Origin: a virus
Length of the DNA stretch: 64,000 bases
Reading direction: 5' to 3' (one strand)
Virus record (IMG/VR): IMGVR_UViG_3300038556_000043
Location: 19,736-83,735 of that record
Part shown: positions 16,513 through 27,145 of the stretch, one piece after another
Layout: every line of letters starts with the position of its first letter
How positions within the stretch are numbered: position 1 is the stretch's first letter
Notes under the pieces: generated by a model
Told to the model about the DNA's origin: nothing
Databases searched by the model: none
Seen by the model: only the letters and a program-made list of their open reading frames with translations
Program-made: the position numbers and the translations under genes

Positions 16513-16679
16513 TTTTTTCTTGACACCCCTAACCTCCGATCAGCCACCAAAACCCGATTTCATTCTACTTTCATTCCAATACCCCTACCCCTATTTTTCT
16601 AGGTGTCACTTCTGACCATACACACTAAGATGATTTTAGATATTTGGTTTTGGGTGTGGGTATGGATGGTTTGTAATTT

Positions 16680-16711
16680 TTTGGTGATATTAATTAATTA
16701 TCTTATTTTTG
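16680..16711 (+). promoter_or_regulatory. host-type promoter for the packaging operon
   Basis: TTTG, 20-nt spacer, TATTTTTG; AATTATCT extension. Confidence 0.7.
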
Positions 16712-16730
16712 GGAAAATCAATTATGCGTT

Positions 16731-17195
16731 ATGGATTACAGGAAATTGGATACAATGTATTTATGGTTGACCGGTAGCAGCATTGATATGGATAAGGAGA
16801 AGGGAAAATTGAAGAAGTTCCCGTTTCGCATTCCGGTAAAGTCACAGGACCAGGTTGAGTACGTGAAAGCTTGCATGGATTTAAACCCTGACATTTTAAA
16901 TGTATGGGTATTCAGTGCTGATTACAAGGAGTTGGTTAAGATGCGCAGTTGGGAGGAGTGGGAAAAATTGAAGCGGTACCGTTGGGATTTAAATACAATG
17001 GGGAGGTTGTTGGAGTTATGGGGGGATCCGAATAAACCGGGAGAATTCAGACCAAAGGGAGGCGCAATTAACTCTTTCAATGACACGGCCAACTATTACA
17101 AGAGTCAGCGCACCGCTATTCAGATGCGTAATGCAAAAGTAGATTCATCTGCTTCGCCGGTAAAAAAACAGAAGTGGAAAAGTTTTAAGGCCTGA
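16731..17195 (+). CDS. hypothetical protein
   Basis: 154 aa, first gene of + strand module. Confidence 0.75.
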   Translation: MDYRKLDTMYLWLTGSSIDMDKEKGKLKKFPFRIPVKSQDQVEYVKACMDLNPDILNVWVFSADYKELVKMRSWEEWEKLKRYRWDLNTMGRLLELWGDPNKPGEFRPKGGAINSFNDTANYYKSQRTAIQMRNAKVDSSASPVKKQKWKSFKA

Positions 17196-17229
17196 TATAA
17201 GAAAATTTATTAATATTAATTTTTGTTGT

Positions 17230-17868
17230 ATGGGATTCAAAGGATGGAATAATCTGCCTGGGTTAAAAGTGACAAACGCCAATGGCTTTTCTGATCTTCA
17301 AATGCCGGTACAAAACCAGAGTGAAAACAAGAAGGTAAAGAATGCTACCAAGCACACTTACGATGGAATTGTTTTTGATTCGAAGCTAGAAATGCTGGCA
17401 TACCAGCGATTGAAGGGATACGGGTTTGATTTCAACATGAAAGATGTGATTGAACTGGTAAAAAGCTTTATGTTCAACGGAAAGCTTGTCAAGAGCATTA
17501 CCATGGAACCCGATTTTAATTTGGATGTGCATGGTGTGCATATCATTGTTGAGACAAAAGGTAATCCGAACGATGTGTACCCCTACAAGTTGAAGCTGTT
17601 GAAGCAAAAGATAATGCAGGACAATTATGTGTATGAGTACGGGGATACGGGCACTACGATAATTTTGTTTATCCACCTGCAGAAGCAATTGGATGACTTT
17701 TTTGAAAACCTGCATGCGTTTAAAAAGACTGCCAATCCCCAAAATTTAAAATACCTGATTGAAAAATATTCCCATTATGAATCAGAGGCGACAGTAAAAC
17801 GCAGGAAGAAAAAAAGCAAGGAATACAGGGAAAAGAAAAAACTCGAAAAAAATGGCGCTCAAATTTGA
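17230..17868 (+). CDS. DUF1064-like PD-(D/E)XK nuclease
   Basis: YDGIVFDSKLE...EPDF...IVETKG. Confidence 0.75.
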   Translation: MGFKGWNNLPGLKVTNANGFSDLQMPVQNQSENKKVKNATKHTYDGIVFDSKLEMLAYQRLKGYGFDFNMKDVIELVKSFMFNGKLVKSITMEPDFNLDVHGVHIIVETKGNPNDVYPYKLKLLKQKIMQDNYVYEYGDTGTTIILFIHLQKQLDDFFENLHAFKKTANPQNLKYLIEKYSHYESEATVKRRKKKSKEYREKKKLEKNGAQI

Positions 17869-18487
17869 AATAAAAAAAGGGAAGGCAGAATTCAAGGAGG
17901 AGTATCTGATCCACCGCGAATTTGCTGACTTGTACGAACTGGACCAGAGCGAAGACAAGGATTTTGCTCAGCGGTTGTTTACCGTTGTCTACATGATTGG
18001 GGACGAAGAAAGTTCTTTACGTAACATGGTTGAGTCTGTCAAATGGGAATATGCCATTAACAACTGCCAGATTACTACCGAAGAACTTTCCCTCGCCCGT
18101 CCCTGCCTGGAAGAAGCCATTGGCCTGTATTCGTACTTGAACAATACCGCAGAGTACCGTTCTATCCAATCACTGGAACGTGTGCTTAACAGCCTCAATG
18201 ACCAGCTTGCCGAAATTACTCCTTCGGCTATCAACGTCAAGAAAAAAATAAATGTAGGTACCAAAAACGATCCTCAATACGAAGAAATTGAGGAAATAAA
18301 AGATAACTACAATGATATCCAACGGCTGACGGATTTGATTGAAGATACCCGGTCGAAGCTTTCCAAGATGAAGGAGGAGTACAATAAAAATAAGTTGGCC
18401 GGCACATTGCGGGCTGACAAAGAGCCAGGAGGTCTAGCTACACGAAAGCTCACCAATCCTGCCCTGAATCAGAATTTTAAACGTTAA
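17852..18487 (+). CDS. putative terminase small subunit / packaging-associated protein
   Basis: Helical, coiled-coil protein translationally coupled to TerL; position only. Confidence 0.5.
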   Translation: MALKFEIKKGKAEFKEEYLIHREFADLYELDQSEDKDFAQRLFTVVYMIGDEESSLRNMVESVKWEYAINNCQITTEELSLARPCLEEAIGLYSYLNNTAEYRSIQSLERVLNSLNDQLAEITPSAINVKKKINVGTKNDPQYEEIEEIKDNYNDIQRLTDLIEDTRSKLSKMKEEYNKNKLAGTLRADKEPGGLATRKLTNPALNQNFKR

Positions 18488-20550
18488 TGGCGCATTCCTT
18501 AGACCCCGAATTTCTTTCGGGACGAACACCGCCAAAGATGGACCCGGAAAGCCTTCAGTACATAAACTGGTGGGATGAGCAAATCAACCGGTGTCTGTTT
18601 GGTTTTAAGAAGAACGGAAGAAAAGTCACCGGGAGTTATTACCATTATTTGAATTTCTATGGCATGGAAATCCTGGAAGGTAAAGGAGAGAATAAGATTC
18701 GCCGTTACTTTCATCCCCATCCTTGTAATACTGACGAAGCTGTTTTTCAAGCTATGGAAGATTGTCATAGAAGTTGGCAAACTTTTATGATGTTTACCTC
18801 GGGTGGTACCGGAAAATCTTCAATGGTGGCTTCTTATGTTGACCGCGAATTTACATTCTTTCCCCGATCGCAGTCAATCATTACCGCATCGACAGATGTT
18901 CCGGCCACTCAGCTGATGAAGTTTGTCGATGACTCGTTGATGAACAAACCTAAGGCTTTCCAGCACGAAATCTATCCTTACAAAAAGTATCAGCTAATGG
19001 GTTCCCAAACCCGGCGTAAGGATGGTACCGTAGATCCCGAACTCTCTTACAACTCCACAATTGAGAAAATAGTATTTGGCGACAACTCTGGTGCGGTTCG
19101 TTCCAAGCGTCCTACCCTTCTGGTAATGGAAGAAATTGGTAACTGGGTCGGAGGCGCGTCGCTTCTGGATTGCTACAATGCTTGCGTCGCCCGTGGTAAA
19201 ATCGCTGGTGAATCTTCGTGTTTCTACATGATGATCGGTACCGGTGGCCACACGCGAAACAACGTTATCAAAGACGTTCAGGAAATGATTGACCATCCGG
19301 ATGCATACAACCTGTATCTGTGTGATCCGTGGAATTGGGGTAAGAAAAACATATTCTTCATTCCTGCTTACAAAAAGCGTTGGGGATACTTTGAAGAAAC
19401 CGGCATTATGGATGAGGTTGGAGCCAAAGCAGCTTACGATGCCGAACGGGAAAAGAAGAAAGATTCTTACAAGGCCTTGCTTACGCTCAAGCGGGAATTT
19501 CCTTATACCCTGGAAGAATGTTTCTTGAAAGAGGTGACTGGAGGTTTGTTTTATCCTAACAAGCTGGAAGAACAATTCCGGATGATTCAGAACCGGAAAG
19601 AAAATAGTATCCCTGAACCTCGTCGCGGCTGGTGGAAAGAAAACAAAATCACTGGCATTCCTGATTTTATTGAAAAAGCGGACGGTCCTGTCTGGATGTA
19701 CGAAGAACCTCACCGGGAAATTCCCAAAGGAGCCCGCAGAAACACTACGGCTGCCATACTTGGCCAGGTGCCCGACAGATTGTATGTAGGAGGTTATGAC
19801 GGTATAGACCAGACAAAGAAAGATTCGCAAACTGATGGCGGCTCAAAGGGAGCTCTCTGGATTAAAAAGCGCACTACCGGCATTTCCACTACCAATAACA
19901 CCTATGTCATAAAGATCAACTGGCGACCCGAAGGAGATATTGACGAGATCAATGAGCAGGTTCTTTTGAGTGCGATTGCTTACAACTGCAAGATAAATAT
20001 CGAGTACACCAAGATATCGGTCAAAAAATATTTCGAATCCAAAGGATATCGGCATCTGCTGATGGCAAGGCCCAAAGCCGTTGCCGGCAACAGCTTTGAT
20101 GACCAGATGTTAAAGCCGGATTTAATTGGTACCGTTCCCACTCCGCAGAATATCAACTACGGCATTCAGCTTTTGCAATCGTATGTGTTTAATTATTACC
20201 AGAACATTTACGATGAAGAATTCTTGAAACAGCTTGCCGAATTTACCATAGAAGACAAAGGCAAGTACGATTTGATTATGGCGGCCTTGTGGTGTGAGGT
20301 TGGTGACGAAGATATGCCAATTTACATCAATCGTGAATACGTTGAACAATACGTTGACGTAGGTTACTACGATGACCCGATAACCGGAGAATTGAAATAC
20401 GGTATCATTCCTCCGCAGGAACAAATCACTGCCAGCGACTTTGTGCGCCAGTCAGTCAATCCGTTTGGCAACGATCCGGGGTATGAACCTGATCCTGTCA
20501 CCGAGCATCCGTTTTTAATTGATGCTCACTTATATTATCAAGCTTCGTAA
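18487..20550 (+). CDS. terL: terminase large subunit
   Basis: Walker A SGGTGKS, Walker B LLVMEE, IGTGG coupling motif, nuclease YVGGYDGID. Confidence 0.9.
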   Translation: MAHSLDPEFLSGRTPPKMDPESLQYINWWDEQINRCLFGFKKNGRKVTGSYYHYLNFYGMEILEGKGENKIRRYFHPHPCNTDEAVFQAMEDCHRSWQTFMMFTSGGTGKSSMVASYVDREFTFFPRSQSIITASTDVPATQLMKFVDDSLMNKPKAFQHEIYPYKKYQLMGSQTRRKDGTVDPELSYNSTIEKIVFGDNSGAVRSKRPTLLVMEEIGNWVGGASLLDCYNACVARGKIAGESSCFYMMIGTGGHTRNNVIKDVQEMIDHPDAYNLYLCDPWNWGKKNIFFIPAYKKRWGYFEETGIMDEVGAKAAYDAEREKKKDSYKALLTLKREFPYTLEECFLKEVTGGLFYPNKLEEQFRMIQNRKENSIPEPRRGWWKENKITGIPDFIEKADGPVWMYEEPHREIPKGARRNTTAAILGQVPDRLYVGGYDGIDQTKKDSQTDGGSKGALWIKKRTTGISTTNNTYVIKINWRPEGDIDEINEQVLLSAIAYNCKINIEYTKISVKKYFESKGYRHLLMARPKAVAGNSFDDQMLKPDLIGTVPTPQNINYGIQLLQSYVFNYYQNIYDEEFLKQLAEFTIEDKGKYDLIMAALWCEVGDEDMPIYINREYVEQYVDVGYYDDPITGELKYGIIPPQEQITASDFVRQSVNPFGNDPGYEPDPVTEHPFLIDAHLYYQAS

Positions 20551-20551
20551 C

Positions 20552-22843
20552 ATGACATACGTATCAGATCAAGCTTATTCTGGTGATGAAAGAGATAAAC
20601 GCTATCAGTTTCATTCTCTGCACGAACCATCCGAACAGCAAAAACAAACCAGCAAATACCTGTATTTCTGGGCAAACTATTTCATTGCCATGACCCGCGA
20701 GCGCAGCAAGCTTGCACTGGAAAAGGCATATGCGCAGAAAAAAGGCAAATACGATCCGTTCCGGCCACTCCGATTGAACCGTAATTATGGCATCAAGCGT
20801 CCGCGCGACATTGCTCACATTCCCGTAGTGGAGCCTTTCTTTCGCCGGTTGAAGGGAACCCACAAGTCTACACCCATTCGTTTCCAGACGACTACCAATA
20901 ATACCTCCAGTTATTTACTAAAGCAGCAGGAAAAGACTTCTGAGGTTATGAAGTCTTTGGCCATGCTCGAAGAGCAAATGCTTAAAATGCGCATGCAAGG
21001 GCTTTCTACCTCAGCAGTAGAAAAGTTTATTGATCAGAAACACGATCAGCTGCGATTTCGGATTGAAAACGAATTTCGTTCTTCCCTGGAAGTACAGGGA
21101 CAGCATGCGCTTAATTATCTGGTTGAGCGTTGCAGTGTAAAAGATGTGCTGGACGACTTGTTTGATGACCTGGCCGTGTGCCGAATGCCCGTATGGCAGG
21201 TGAAGGTGGAACGGCTCGGAGAAATGCCAAAACCTCGTTCTTTGGATCCCCGAAAGATATTTTTTTCCAAGCGTCCAGAAACCAAATGGATTCGCGAGTG
21301 TGATTCCTACGTATACAAAGAACGCATGCTAGTCAGCGAAGTGCTGGCTCAGTACGGAGAATATTTTGATGAAGAACAAATCAAAATCATTCAGGATGAA
21401 AAATCTATCTACTGGCAATACAACCAGACTTTCTACAATCAGGAAAATTGGGACAATGTAAAAAATACCGATCCTGACTTTGAAATCAATGGTTTGAAAG
21501 GTGAGTACATCGACGTCTATTATGTGGAATGGAAAGCATTGAACAAAAAGAAAGAGGTGGACGAGGTAGACGGAATGGACGAAAAGAAACTTGGAGACAG
21601 CATTGTTTCCGGGCCGGACAAAATTTATAACAAAGGCTACCGTCAGGATTTGTATTGCTGCACCCGTATCGGATCATGCATCTATCTCAAATCCGGAAAG
21701 GTTGAGCATGTGGTTCGCGACCAGGATGATCCGGACAAATGCTATTTGTCTGCCGATGGAATGATTCAGGACGGTCGCTTTGGGGAAATAGATTCGCTTT
21801 ACCAGCGGGTGCAATCGCTGGCCGACGATTACGACGTATATGCCAACAAGCTTCGTCAGCACATCTCCAAATCCGGGCCAAAGGTGCTTACCATGATTCG
21901 CGAAAACATTCCTGCCGAATACGGCCGCAATCCTATCGAACGGGTATTGAAAGCATACGAACGACTGCAGGAAGGTCACCACGAGATTTCTATAAGCCAA
22001 TCAGGAGCCAATCTTGCTGCGCAGCAGTATGCCAATAGCAGCATTGATATGTCAATGTCAAAAGATGTGGCTTCACTGCCGCAAATCCTTGCTTTCATAG
22101 AAGAACTGATTGGCCGAATCTTTGGCACTCCCCGGCAAGCCCTTGGCGATATCGGACAAACCGATGGAAAAGGAACTACCCAGATGGCTCTTATGCAATA
22201 CCTGATGATGTCCCAAGATATTTTTATGGATATGCATAATATCACCCAACGGGTACTTACGCAGCTTCTGAATGCGTTTCGTGTTTGTTTTCCGAAAGGA
22301 TTTGCAGCCAGCTATTCGGAAGCCGGAAAGCAGGTTCATTTTGAAATCAAAGACAATTTCTCTCTCGCCAGTTTCAATGTATTCCTTTCCAATACGGGCG
22401 AGGAGCAAGCATTGCTGGAACTGTATCGCCAGATTGCCGGGGATATGGCCGCGCAAGGAAGATTGGAAAACGAAGACCTGGTTGCAATCCTGGCCGCCAA
22501 GTCTCTTGCTGAAATCCAACGAGAACTTTACAAGAAGCTTGAGGCATCAAAAGAAAACATGGTTAGCGAATTGCAGCAGCAAATGGCCCAGATGGAACAA
22601 GAGTTGAAAGATATGAAACGTCAGGTAGATGTGAACCAGCAAGCCGAAAATGAAAACAATGCAATGAAGCTTCAGCTTGAACAGGAAAAACTCAAGATCG
22701 AATCTCAATTGAAAGCCCAAGCGCAAGCCGACGAAAAAGCGTTCCAAGATAAAAAGATAGAACTTGATAACAAACGGGTCAACCTGGAAGGTGCGCAGGT
22801 GCTTATGGATGAGGGCTCAAGTACAGAAGTAAGAAATTATTAA
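20552..22843 (+). CDS. portal protein
   Basis: ~760 aa after TerL, C-terminal Q/E-rich coiled-coil barrel; crAss-like gene order; start MTYVSD. Confidence 0.85.
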   Translation: MTYVSDQAYSGDERDKRYQFHSLHEPSEQQKQTSKYLYFWANYFIAMTRERSKLALEKAYAQKKGKYDPFRPLRLNRNYGIKRPRDIAHIPVVEPFFRRLKGTHKSTPIRFQTTTNNTSSYLLKQQEKTSEVMKSLAMLEEQMLKMRMQGLSTSAVEKFIDQKHDQLRFRIENEFRSSLEVQGQHALNYLVERCSVKDVLDDLFDDLAVCRMPVWQVKVERLGEMPKPRSLDPRKIFFSKRPETKWIRECDSYVYKERMLVSEVLAQYGEYFDEEQIKIIQDEKSIYWQYNQTFYNQENWDNVKNTDPDFEINGLKGEYIDVYYVEWKALNKKKEVDEVDGMDEKKLGDSIVSGPDKIYNKGYRQDLYCCTRIGSCIYLKSGKVEHVVRDQDDPDKCYLSADGMIQDGRFGEIDSLYQRVQSLADDYDVYANKLRQHISKSGPKVLTMIRENIPAEYGRNPIERVLKAYERLQEGHHEISISQSGANLAAQQYANSSIDMSMSKDVASLPQILAFIEELIGRIFGTPRQALGDIGQTDGKGTTQMALMQYLMMSQDIFMDMHNITQRVLTQLLNAFRVCFPKGFAASYSEAGKQVHFEIKDNFSLASFNVFLSNTGEEQALLELYRQIAGDMAAQGRLENEDLVAILAAKSLAEIQRELYKKLEASKENMVSELQQQMAQMEQELKDMKRQVDVNQQAENENNAMKLQLEQEKLKIESQLKAQAQADEKAFQDKKIELDNKRVNLEGAQVLMDEGSSTEVRNY

Positions 22844-22848
22844 ACAGA

Positions 22849-22893
22849 ATCCGTACAGTTTTTTTATTGAAAAATAAAATGCTGTACGGGTTG
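22849..22893 (+). terminator. long stem-loop after portal
   Basis: AATCCGTACAG...TTTTATT-GAAA-AATAAAA...CTGTACGGGTT. Confidence 0.55.
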
Positions 22894-22894
22894 T

Positions 22895-22928
22895 TTTGTA
22901 AATTATAAGAAAATTAATTTATATTTGC
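22895..22928 (+). promoter_or_regulatory. late promoter for scaffold/MCP
   Basis: TTTG, 21-nt spacer, TATATTTGC with AATTAATT extension. Confidence 0.75.
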
Positions 22929-22967
22929 TATTAATTATTAATAATTTCACAACTTAACAAAGCAGCA

Positions 22968-24236
22968 ATGTTAGCGAACTTTAATTTTGGTAGTAGCGAT
23001 TCGGGCAACTTTGTTTCTGATTCCCCTTCGGATAACTTCGATACAGGAGAAAACAATGGATCAGACAATGACATTGACCTGGAAAATAGTACGCCAGAAG
23101 AAATTGCGGCCCACTTCGAAATTCCGCTTGAAAACGTAATTGTCGATGAAGAAACCGGAAAGATTATTCGTATTCTGGATGCGGATGGCGAAGTGATTTC
23201 TGACGATTTCTTTTACGATCAAAATGGCGGCCAAAACCCGGATACTTCTCAAGGACAACAAAACCAACAGCAAGCCGCTGGCGCGGGTGCTGGCACACAA
23301 GGCTCGTCTGCTGCCGATCCGAATGGCCAGCAAGGGCAAGAGCCCGGCACGTTTAATCTGGCCATAGAAACCGCTCAGCGTTTTGGCTTGGACCTGGATC
23401 ACATCACCTACACCAATGAGCAGGGACAGGAAGAAAAAATACCCTTTTCGGAATTGACCCCTGAAATGCAGTTGGAAGTGACAAACATGATGGTTCAAGA
23501 ATATGTGGCCAGCATTCAAAATAAACCTGCTTTCCAAAACAAAACGGAAGAAGGATTCATCAACAGCCTTCGCAGTGGTAAAACCCCAAGAGAATTAGCC
23601 CTTGAAATTCTCCAGAACGACGGAGAACACCTTGCTTCGTCTTTGTCTGACTTTGACTTGTATGTTCGTCAGCAAAAGAATCTAGGAGTTGAATTGACCG
23701 AAGCTGAATTCAAAGAGGCGTTCGAAGCTATCCCCGCCAGTACACGCGAAAAGCAAATCAACGCCTATCGTGAGCAATTGAAAAAAACCAGTTCGGTTGA
23801 CAACGTTCTAAATGCCTATGAGCAATCTCAGAAAGAAGCGATTGAAACCGAATACAAAACCGAGACTGAGCAGTTTCAGCAAACCTTTGCACAGCTTGAA
23901 AAAGAAAGTCGCATTGGGAATTTTCAGGTATCGAAAGAATACATAAACGATGTGAAAGCTTTTGTGCTGTCTCCCGGCCCGGGCCAAGATTCTGAGTTCA
24001 TAAAAGCATTGTCTACTCCGGAAGGAGTTATTGAAGCCGCTTTCTGGTATAAGAATATTAATCAATATCAGCAAAATATTACAGCTGCGATTAACGAACG
24101 CGACCAGAAAATCAAAATCCTTGAAAACAAATTAAAAATCCAAGAGAAGGCTGCACCCGCAACTACTCCAAACAAAGCAGATACATGGAAACCAACTCAG
24201 CAAGACACTTTACCCCAAGACGCAATCATAGTGTAA
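22968..24236 (+). CDS. putative capsid scaffolding protein
   Basis: Acidic, low-complexity N-terminus, helical; between portal and MCP. Confidence 0.65.
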   Translation: MLANFNFGSSDSGNFVSDSPSDNFDTGENNGSDNDIDLENSTPEEIAAHFEIPLENVIVDEETGKIIRILDADGEVISDDFFYDQNGGQNPDTSQGQQNQQQAAGAGAGTQGSSAADPNGQQGQEPGTFNLAIETAQRFGLDLDHITYTNEQGQEEKIPFSELTPEMQLEVTNMMVQEYVASIQNKPAFQNKTEEGFINSLRSGKTPRELALEILQNDGEHLASSLSDFDLYVRQQKNLGVELTEAEFKEAFEAIPASTREKQINAYREQLKKTSSVDNVLNAYEQSQKEAIETEYKTETEQFQQTFAQLEKESRIGNFQVSKEYINDVKAFVLSPGPGQDSEFIKALSTPEGVIEAAFWYKNINQYQQNITAAINERDQKIKILENKLKIQEKAAPATTPNKADTWKPTQQDTLPQDAIIV

Positions 24237-24526
24237 ATCCTCCCAAGTATTATGCGGTGTATCTGCATATTCAGCTGGATGGGCTTTTGATCTGTACCAA
24301 TAGTATAATGCTGGCTCAGGACGAAAGCGAAATAAAAGGGCAAATGTACCTGGACAATTATTCTGTCCGGGTAATGAACAAAGTTCCGGTTAAAGAAAAG
24401 TACTCAGACTTTAACCCAAAAAAACCGGTCTACCAAGACCTGATCGCCGATGGAAAGGCGATGAAAAAGCGGCTTAACAATCTTTCTAAGCTTGTTAACC
24501 CTCAAGTTCATATTGAACAACAGTAA
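24185..24526 (+). CDS. hypothetical protein (start uncertain)
   Basis: Fills gap, TAATG-coupled to MCP. Confidence 0.5.
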   Translation: METNSARHFTPRRNHSVNPPKYYAVYLHIQLDGLLICTNSIMLAQDESEIKGQMYLDNYSVRVMNKVPVKEKYSDFNPKKPVYQDLIADGKAMKKRLNNLSKLVNPQVHIEQQ

Positions 24527-25971
24527 TGAGAATTCTAAACGTTAAAGACCTTCCAAAGTCTGTCACCACTACAAAAACAATGGCAGAATTTGGAAAAGCA
24601 GTGGGTGAAAAACCTTACTTGCTGAATGAGATCTTCACTTTACCCGGCTACGAAAACCTGACACTTTTAAAGCTGACCCAGAATGTAGCAGGTCTGATGA
24701 AGAAAAATCTCGGAGAGGGTGATATTCAAAAGATTGAATCCTTCCGTTTTGATTGGCGCATCGACGCCGGACCGCGGATTCCCGAAACCACGATTTCAGA
24801 AGATGCAGGTTCTTTCAACTTTGAAGGCTCGGCCTCCGGAGTTATCACCACAAAAGACAAGATGTTTTCAAAAGGCGACATCTTTGAACTGGTAGACACT
24901 GGTCACCAATTCCGTCTTTCCGACAATGCCCGTACCATTTCCAATGACAAGCACCTGAACCCCGTAGTGCTTTTGGGAACTCGTCGGGATCGCACAATTT
25001 CCTCAAGCCTTTTGACTGTCGGCAAACGCATCCGCTTCATTGCCGGTGGTATCGTTCCCGAAGCTTCCGACTACGGTTCCTATTTCACCCTGCCTAATCG
25101 CATGGAGCGTCATGCCAACTTCATTTCACGTTTCCGCGTGGATGGCAGCCGCTCTGGTGATTACTCATACAGTGAAAGAATCTATCTGGAACGTGTGAAG
25201 AAGAAAATGGATGGTTCTGTGGATGGTACTGGCGAGTTCTACACTTGGTCAGGACAGAAGCAGGACATGATGGACAAGCTGATGTTCTCGATCAACTCTG
25301 GCTTGCTGTTTATGCAAGGCGCGTTTGATGAGGATTTGATTCACCTTGTTCGCGAGGAAGACGGTCGTCCAATCCCTATCGGCCAGGGCATCATCCCTCA
25401 GATTCGGGCTTACGGTCAGTTCATGGGTTACAACAACCTGAGCGAAACCTTGATCCGGAAAGTGATTTCGTTGATCGTTGAACGTCGTCCTAAAAAGACC
25501 GGAAACGAGATTGTCATGCTGGTCAACTGGAGACTGTACCAACAAGTACAAATCATCCTGGATGCGTTGACAAAACAACGTTTGACTACTCAGGATTCTT
25601 ACCTGACACGTGACGACAACAAGAAAGCTTATGTTGTTGGCTCGACTTATTGCGGCTATGAATTTGCCGGCAACAAGTTGTTTGTCATGGAAGATAGCAC
25701 CCTGACTGACCGCTATCCCGACAAAGGATATGGTATTGTGTTCAATACCCGCGTTCAAACCAAAGATGGCAAAAGCCGGATGAACATTCAGCAATACACC
25801 ATCAACGGTTTCGAAATGTTTGATAACTCTATTCTTGGCGTTGGTGGCGAAAGCGGCCATAGCTCAGGAGCGGTATCATCAGCAGTTCATGCTTCTCAGT
25901 CCGTACTGATGGCATATCGCGGTGTGGCGGTTTACGATCCATATTCAACATTGATTTTGGAAGAAAACTAA
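24526..25971 (+). CDS. major capsid protein (crAss-like HK97 fold)
   Basis: 481 aa; NFISRFR, IGQGIIPQI and SSAVHAS segments; canonical position; followed by a strong hairpin. Confidence 0.85.
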   Translation: MRILNVKDLPKSVTTTKTMAEFGKAVGEKPYLLNEIFTLPGYENLTLLKLTQNVAGLMKKNLGEGDIQKIESFRFDWRIDAGPRIPETTISEDAGSFNFEGSASGVITTKDKMFSKGDIFELVDTGHQFRLSDNARTISNDKHLNPVVLLGTRRDRTISSSLLTVGKRIRFIAGGIVPEASDYGSYFTLPNRMERHANFISRFRVDGSRSGDYSYSERIYLERVKKKMDGSVDGTGEFYTWSGQKQDMMDKLMFSINSGLLFMQGAFDEDLIHLVREEDGRPIPIGQGIIPQIRAYGQFMGYNNLSETLIRKVISLIVERRPKKTGNEIVMLVNWRLYQQVQIILDALTKQRLTTQDSYLTRDDNKKAYVVGSTYCGYEFAGNKLFVMEDSTLTDRYPDKGYGIVFNTRVQTKDGKSRMNIQQYTINGFEMFDNSILGVGGESGHSSGAVSSAVHASQSVLMAYRGVAVYDPYSTLILEEN

Positions 25972-25982
25972 TTGTTTCATAA

Positions 25983-26008
25983 GCCGGGAGAATACCTATT
26001 CTCCCGGC
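25983..26008 (+). terminator. GC-rich hairpin after MCP (stabiliser/attenuator)
   Basis: GCCGGGAGAAT-ACCT-ATTCTCCCGGC, no U-tract. Confidence 0.6.
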
Positions 26009-26023
26009 AAAATTTAGCCAACA

Positions 26024-27145
26024 ATGAATAACCAGGATATTATTACAATAAAGGCTGTCAATAGCCATCAAAAAGGAAAAGCGATCATTCACCCTCGTCC
26101 GAATCCTTATGGCGGGTATTACGGGGTAAAAAAATATTCAGAAAACGAAAAGCTGAATCTTCCTTTTTTAATCACGGAAGATACCGCTTTTGAGTTGCGT
26201 CATGATATGACGATTAATCTGGCAGATCCTTACCAGAAAGCGTGTTGGGAGTTTATCAAGCATGATCCTATCCTGGCGCATAGCATTCAGGAAGCCCGGG
26301 ACAATACTCACGTTGCTCAATTCTACATTGACGACGAGGAAAAAGAATACCAGAAAGCGGCCACTACTTATCAAAAGAAACTAGAACTGTCTAACTGGGT
26401 AAATTCCATGAGCGAATTTGAGCAGCGCGAAGTTTGCGGATTGCTGGATTACACCACGCTTCATGTTTCTGCTGCGCACGTACTGCAGTTTCTTTTGAAG
26501 AAAATCAATGAAGAAACAGGTGGATGGCAAAAGGTTGCGGAAGTAAGAACCTGGACACAGAACGGATACGGCCGCAAAGTACAAATGGCGAAAAATCTTC
26601 TTCACAAAGGTATTGTCAAAAAATCCGAAAAATATTTTGTCTACAACGATCAAGCCATTGCAGAAGATTTGAAATCATTGATCATGTGGATGGAAAACCC
26701 AAACAACGCTCAAGATGTGCGGATGATGATTACCAAGCTGAAAGGAATGGAGAAACCGCTTTTAAATAGGAACGAAGATGTAGATTTTGATTCCATGGAC
26801 CGGTATGAAATTGCGCAGCCTACACACAAAGATCATTTAAACTCCGGTTCGCTTGAAAATATTCTCAATGAGTTTGATGATAAAAAAGTGCAGCAGCCAA
26901 TCAAAACGGCTCCGCAAGTTCCCGTTGTAACACTTCCCAACGTTGACCCTGCCGCGCAATCAGCGTTGCAAAATCTTGCGGATGGATTGAAAATAACCCC
27001 TGAGGTTGCGCTGACCAAACGCCCGGGACGTCCAAAAAGCACTCCGGTTGAGCAAAACGCTTCAACCGAGCAGACTTCAAATCCTGATAACGGTGACTTA
27101 TCCGGATTTCAAACGTCTAATTCACAACAAAGCGAAATTATCTAA
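26024..27145 (+). CDS. conserved crAss-like morphogenesis protein downstream of MCP
   Basis: 373 aa, position; disordered C-tail with KRPGRPK AT-hook-like motif. Confidence 0.65.
   Translation: MNNQDIITIKAVNSHQKGKAIIHPRPNPYGGYYGVKKYSENEKLNLPFLITEDTAFELRHDMTINLADPYQKACWEFIKHDPILAHSIQEARDNTHVAQFYIDDEEKEYQKAATTYQKKLELSNWVNSMSEFEQREVCGLLDYTTLHVSAAHVLQFLLKKINEETGGWQKVAEVRTWTQNGYGRKVQMAKNLLHKGIVKKSEKYFVYNDQAIAEDLKSLIMWMENPNNAQDVRMMITKLKGMEKPLLNRNEDVDFDSMDRYEIAQPTHKDHLNSGSLENILNEFDDKKVQQPIKTAPQVPVVTLPNVDPAAQSALQNLADGLKITPEVALTKRPGRPKSTPVEQNASTEQTSNPDNGDLSGFQTSNSQQSEII

Noticed and set aside
18487-25971. Introns or inteins in terL, portal or MCP
   Set aside because: Sizes are normal and no Hint/LAGLIDADG motifs or frame breaks were seen.
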